Shown here one piece after another: positions 62,440 through 64,000 of a DNA stretch of 64,000 bases (position 1 is its first letter; each line of letters opens with the position of its first letter). Origin of the DNA: Mobula birostris (taxonomy: Eukaryota); assembly GCF_030028105.1 (NCBI RefSeq), contig NC_092377.1, forward strand, positions 28,392,782-28,456,781. The letters are read 5' to 3'. Position numbers and translations under genes: made by a program. Below the pieces are notes generated by a model that was not told the DNA's origin, made no database searches, and saw only the letters and a list, made by a program, of their open reading frames with translations.

Positions 62440-64000
62440 TCATAAAACACAACAGCACACCAGGCTCTTCAGGCCATCTAGTCTGTGCCGAACCATTAAT
62501 CTGCCTTGTTCTAACAACCTGTACCCGGAACACAGCCCCCCCCCCCCATATGCCTCTTGTCAGTGCACCTATCCAAATTTTTCTTAAATGTTGAAATCTA
62601 CCCCACATTCACCACTTGAGCTGGCAACTCGTTCCACACTCTCACCACCCTCTGAGTGAAGTAATTCAAGTAATTCCCCCTCAAGTTCCCCTTAAACATT
62701 TCACCGTTGACCCTAACCCATGACCTCAGTGGAAAAAGCCTCCTTAGATTTATCCTGTCTATACCCCTCATAATGTTGTATACCTCTATCAAATCTCCCC
62801 TCGCTCTTCAGTGTTCCAGGGAACAAAATCATAACCTATTCAACGTTTCCCTACAACTCAGGATTATCAAGTCTCAGCAACATCTTTGTAAATTTTCTCG
62901 GCATCTTTCAATATTATTTACAGCTTTCCTGTAGGTGCAAGACCAAAACTGCACATAATACTTCAAATTTCCAGTTTAAGATGGCGCAAGTGACACCCTA
63001 CCGGCAGCAAACAAATCTCCCAGCTACTGTATTAGTCCCTCTTTTTCTGGGCAATGATCAGGGCAATCAATAGCCTGCAACTTCCCTTTCAGAGATGAGC
63101 TTTTGAAACGCCTATATAATTTGGCATTTTTGCCGTGGAACTGAAGTCTCAAAGGTGCAGGATGGCTGCGGCGTGGCGGAATCGAGAGGCAAGGCCCAGG
63201 CCCTAGAGAGAAGAATGAGCCAATATTTGCTCTTTGCTGGAGTGGACTTGGGGCTGATTCAAAGCACTGGATCCAAGGTGAGGCAGAGATGAGGTGGCAG
63301 GGCCCAGGCAGTCTTCTTTTTCAATGGCTTTCTTTGTTTTGTGGCTGGTTGTCAGGAGACAAATCTCAAGGTTGTATATAGCATACACACTTTGACATAA
63401 ATGTACTTTGAACTTTGAAATTAGGCCTCACCAACATTTTATACAATTTTAACATATGATCTCAACTCCTGTACTCAATATACTGATTTATGAATGCTGA
63501 TGTGTCAAAAGCTTTCTTTACGGCCCTATCTTTATGTGACGCCACTTTCAAGGAATTATGGATCTGTATTCCCAGATTCCTCTGTTCTATCACACTCCTC
63601 AGTGCCCTACCGCACACCATCTATGACCTACCCGGATTGAACCTCCCAAAGTGCAACAACTCACACATGTCTGCGCTAAATTCCATCTGACAATTTTCAG
63701 CTCATTTTTCCAGCTGGTCCAGATCCCACTGCAATCTTTGACGTTCTTCTTCACTGTCCACTACACCCCCAATTTTGGTGTTATCTGCAAATTTGCTGAT
63801 CCAATTCACCACATTATCATCCAGATCGATGATATAGATGATATAGATGACAAACAACAATGGACCCAGCACCAATCCCTGCAGCACACCACTAGTCACT
63901 TGCATCCAGTCAGAGAAGCAACCATCTGAAACCATTCTTTGGCTTATTCCGTGAAGCCAATGCTTAATCCAATTTACTTGCTCCTCTTGAATACAATACG
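62440..64000 (-). mobile_element. CR1 ORF2 3' half (runs off window end), interrupted at 62970-63417
   Basis: [43 protein letters not shown], and 3' UTR. Confidence 0.88.
62970..63417 (+). mobile_element. Short non-autonomous retroelement with AAGATGGCG 5' end and Rex1-type tail
   Basis: TSD aaatt (62965-62969 / 63418-63422), aagatggcg near the 5' end, tail aatctcaaggttgtatat..ataaatgtactttgaactttg, and no coding capacity. Confidence 0.7.

Noticed and set aside
216-63935. Most of the short (60-180 aa) ORFs in the ORF track as host genes
   Set aside because: They are antisense or off-frame readings of CR1, PLE and Rex1 relics or low-complexity sequence, often with non-ATG starts and no recognisable domains.

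Overview
Eukaryotic, repeat-dense, gene-poor DNA. The repeat repertoire (CR1 LINEs with SGNH-esterase ORF1, V-SINEs, Penelope-like elements, Rex1/Babar) suggests an intron or intergenic region of a cartilaginous fish, probably a ray (inference). No host protein-coding gene is confidently recognisable, and most ORFs in the track are spurious or transposon-derived. The window holds many nested CR1 copies (one young and near full-length at 2663-6895), Penelope-like element (PLE) remnants with RT and GIY-YIG motifs, Rex1/Babar 3' fragments, a Gypsy gag relic, two solo LTRs with 4-bp TSDs, an R4/Dong-type RLE retroelement, a Tc1 derivative and tRNA-derived SINEs. TE-poor islands carry enhancer-like motif clusters and three weak exon candidates. 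The main finding is four short (~170-235 bp) fold-back PLE-derived insertions with 12-14 bp target-site duplications. Their symmetry axis sits at a minimal hammerhead-ribozyme motif (reconstructed consensus CAGTC-CTGAYGA-A-GGGTYTCGGCCC-GAAAC-GTC-GACTG) that shows compensatory base changes between copies and subfamilies. Boundaries of degenerate repeats are approximate, and all family assignments come from motif recognition, not database searches.
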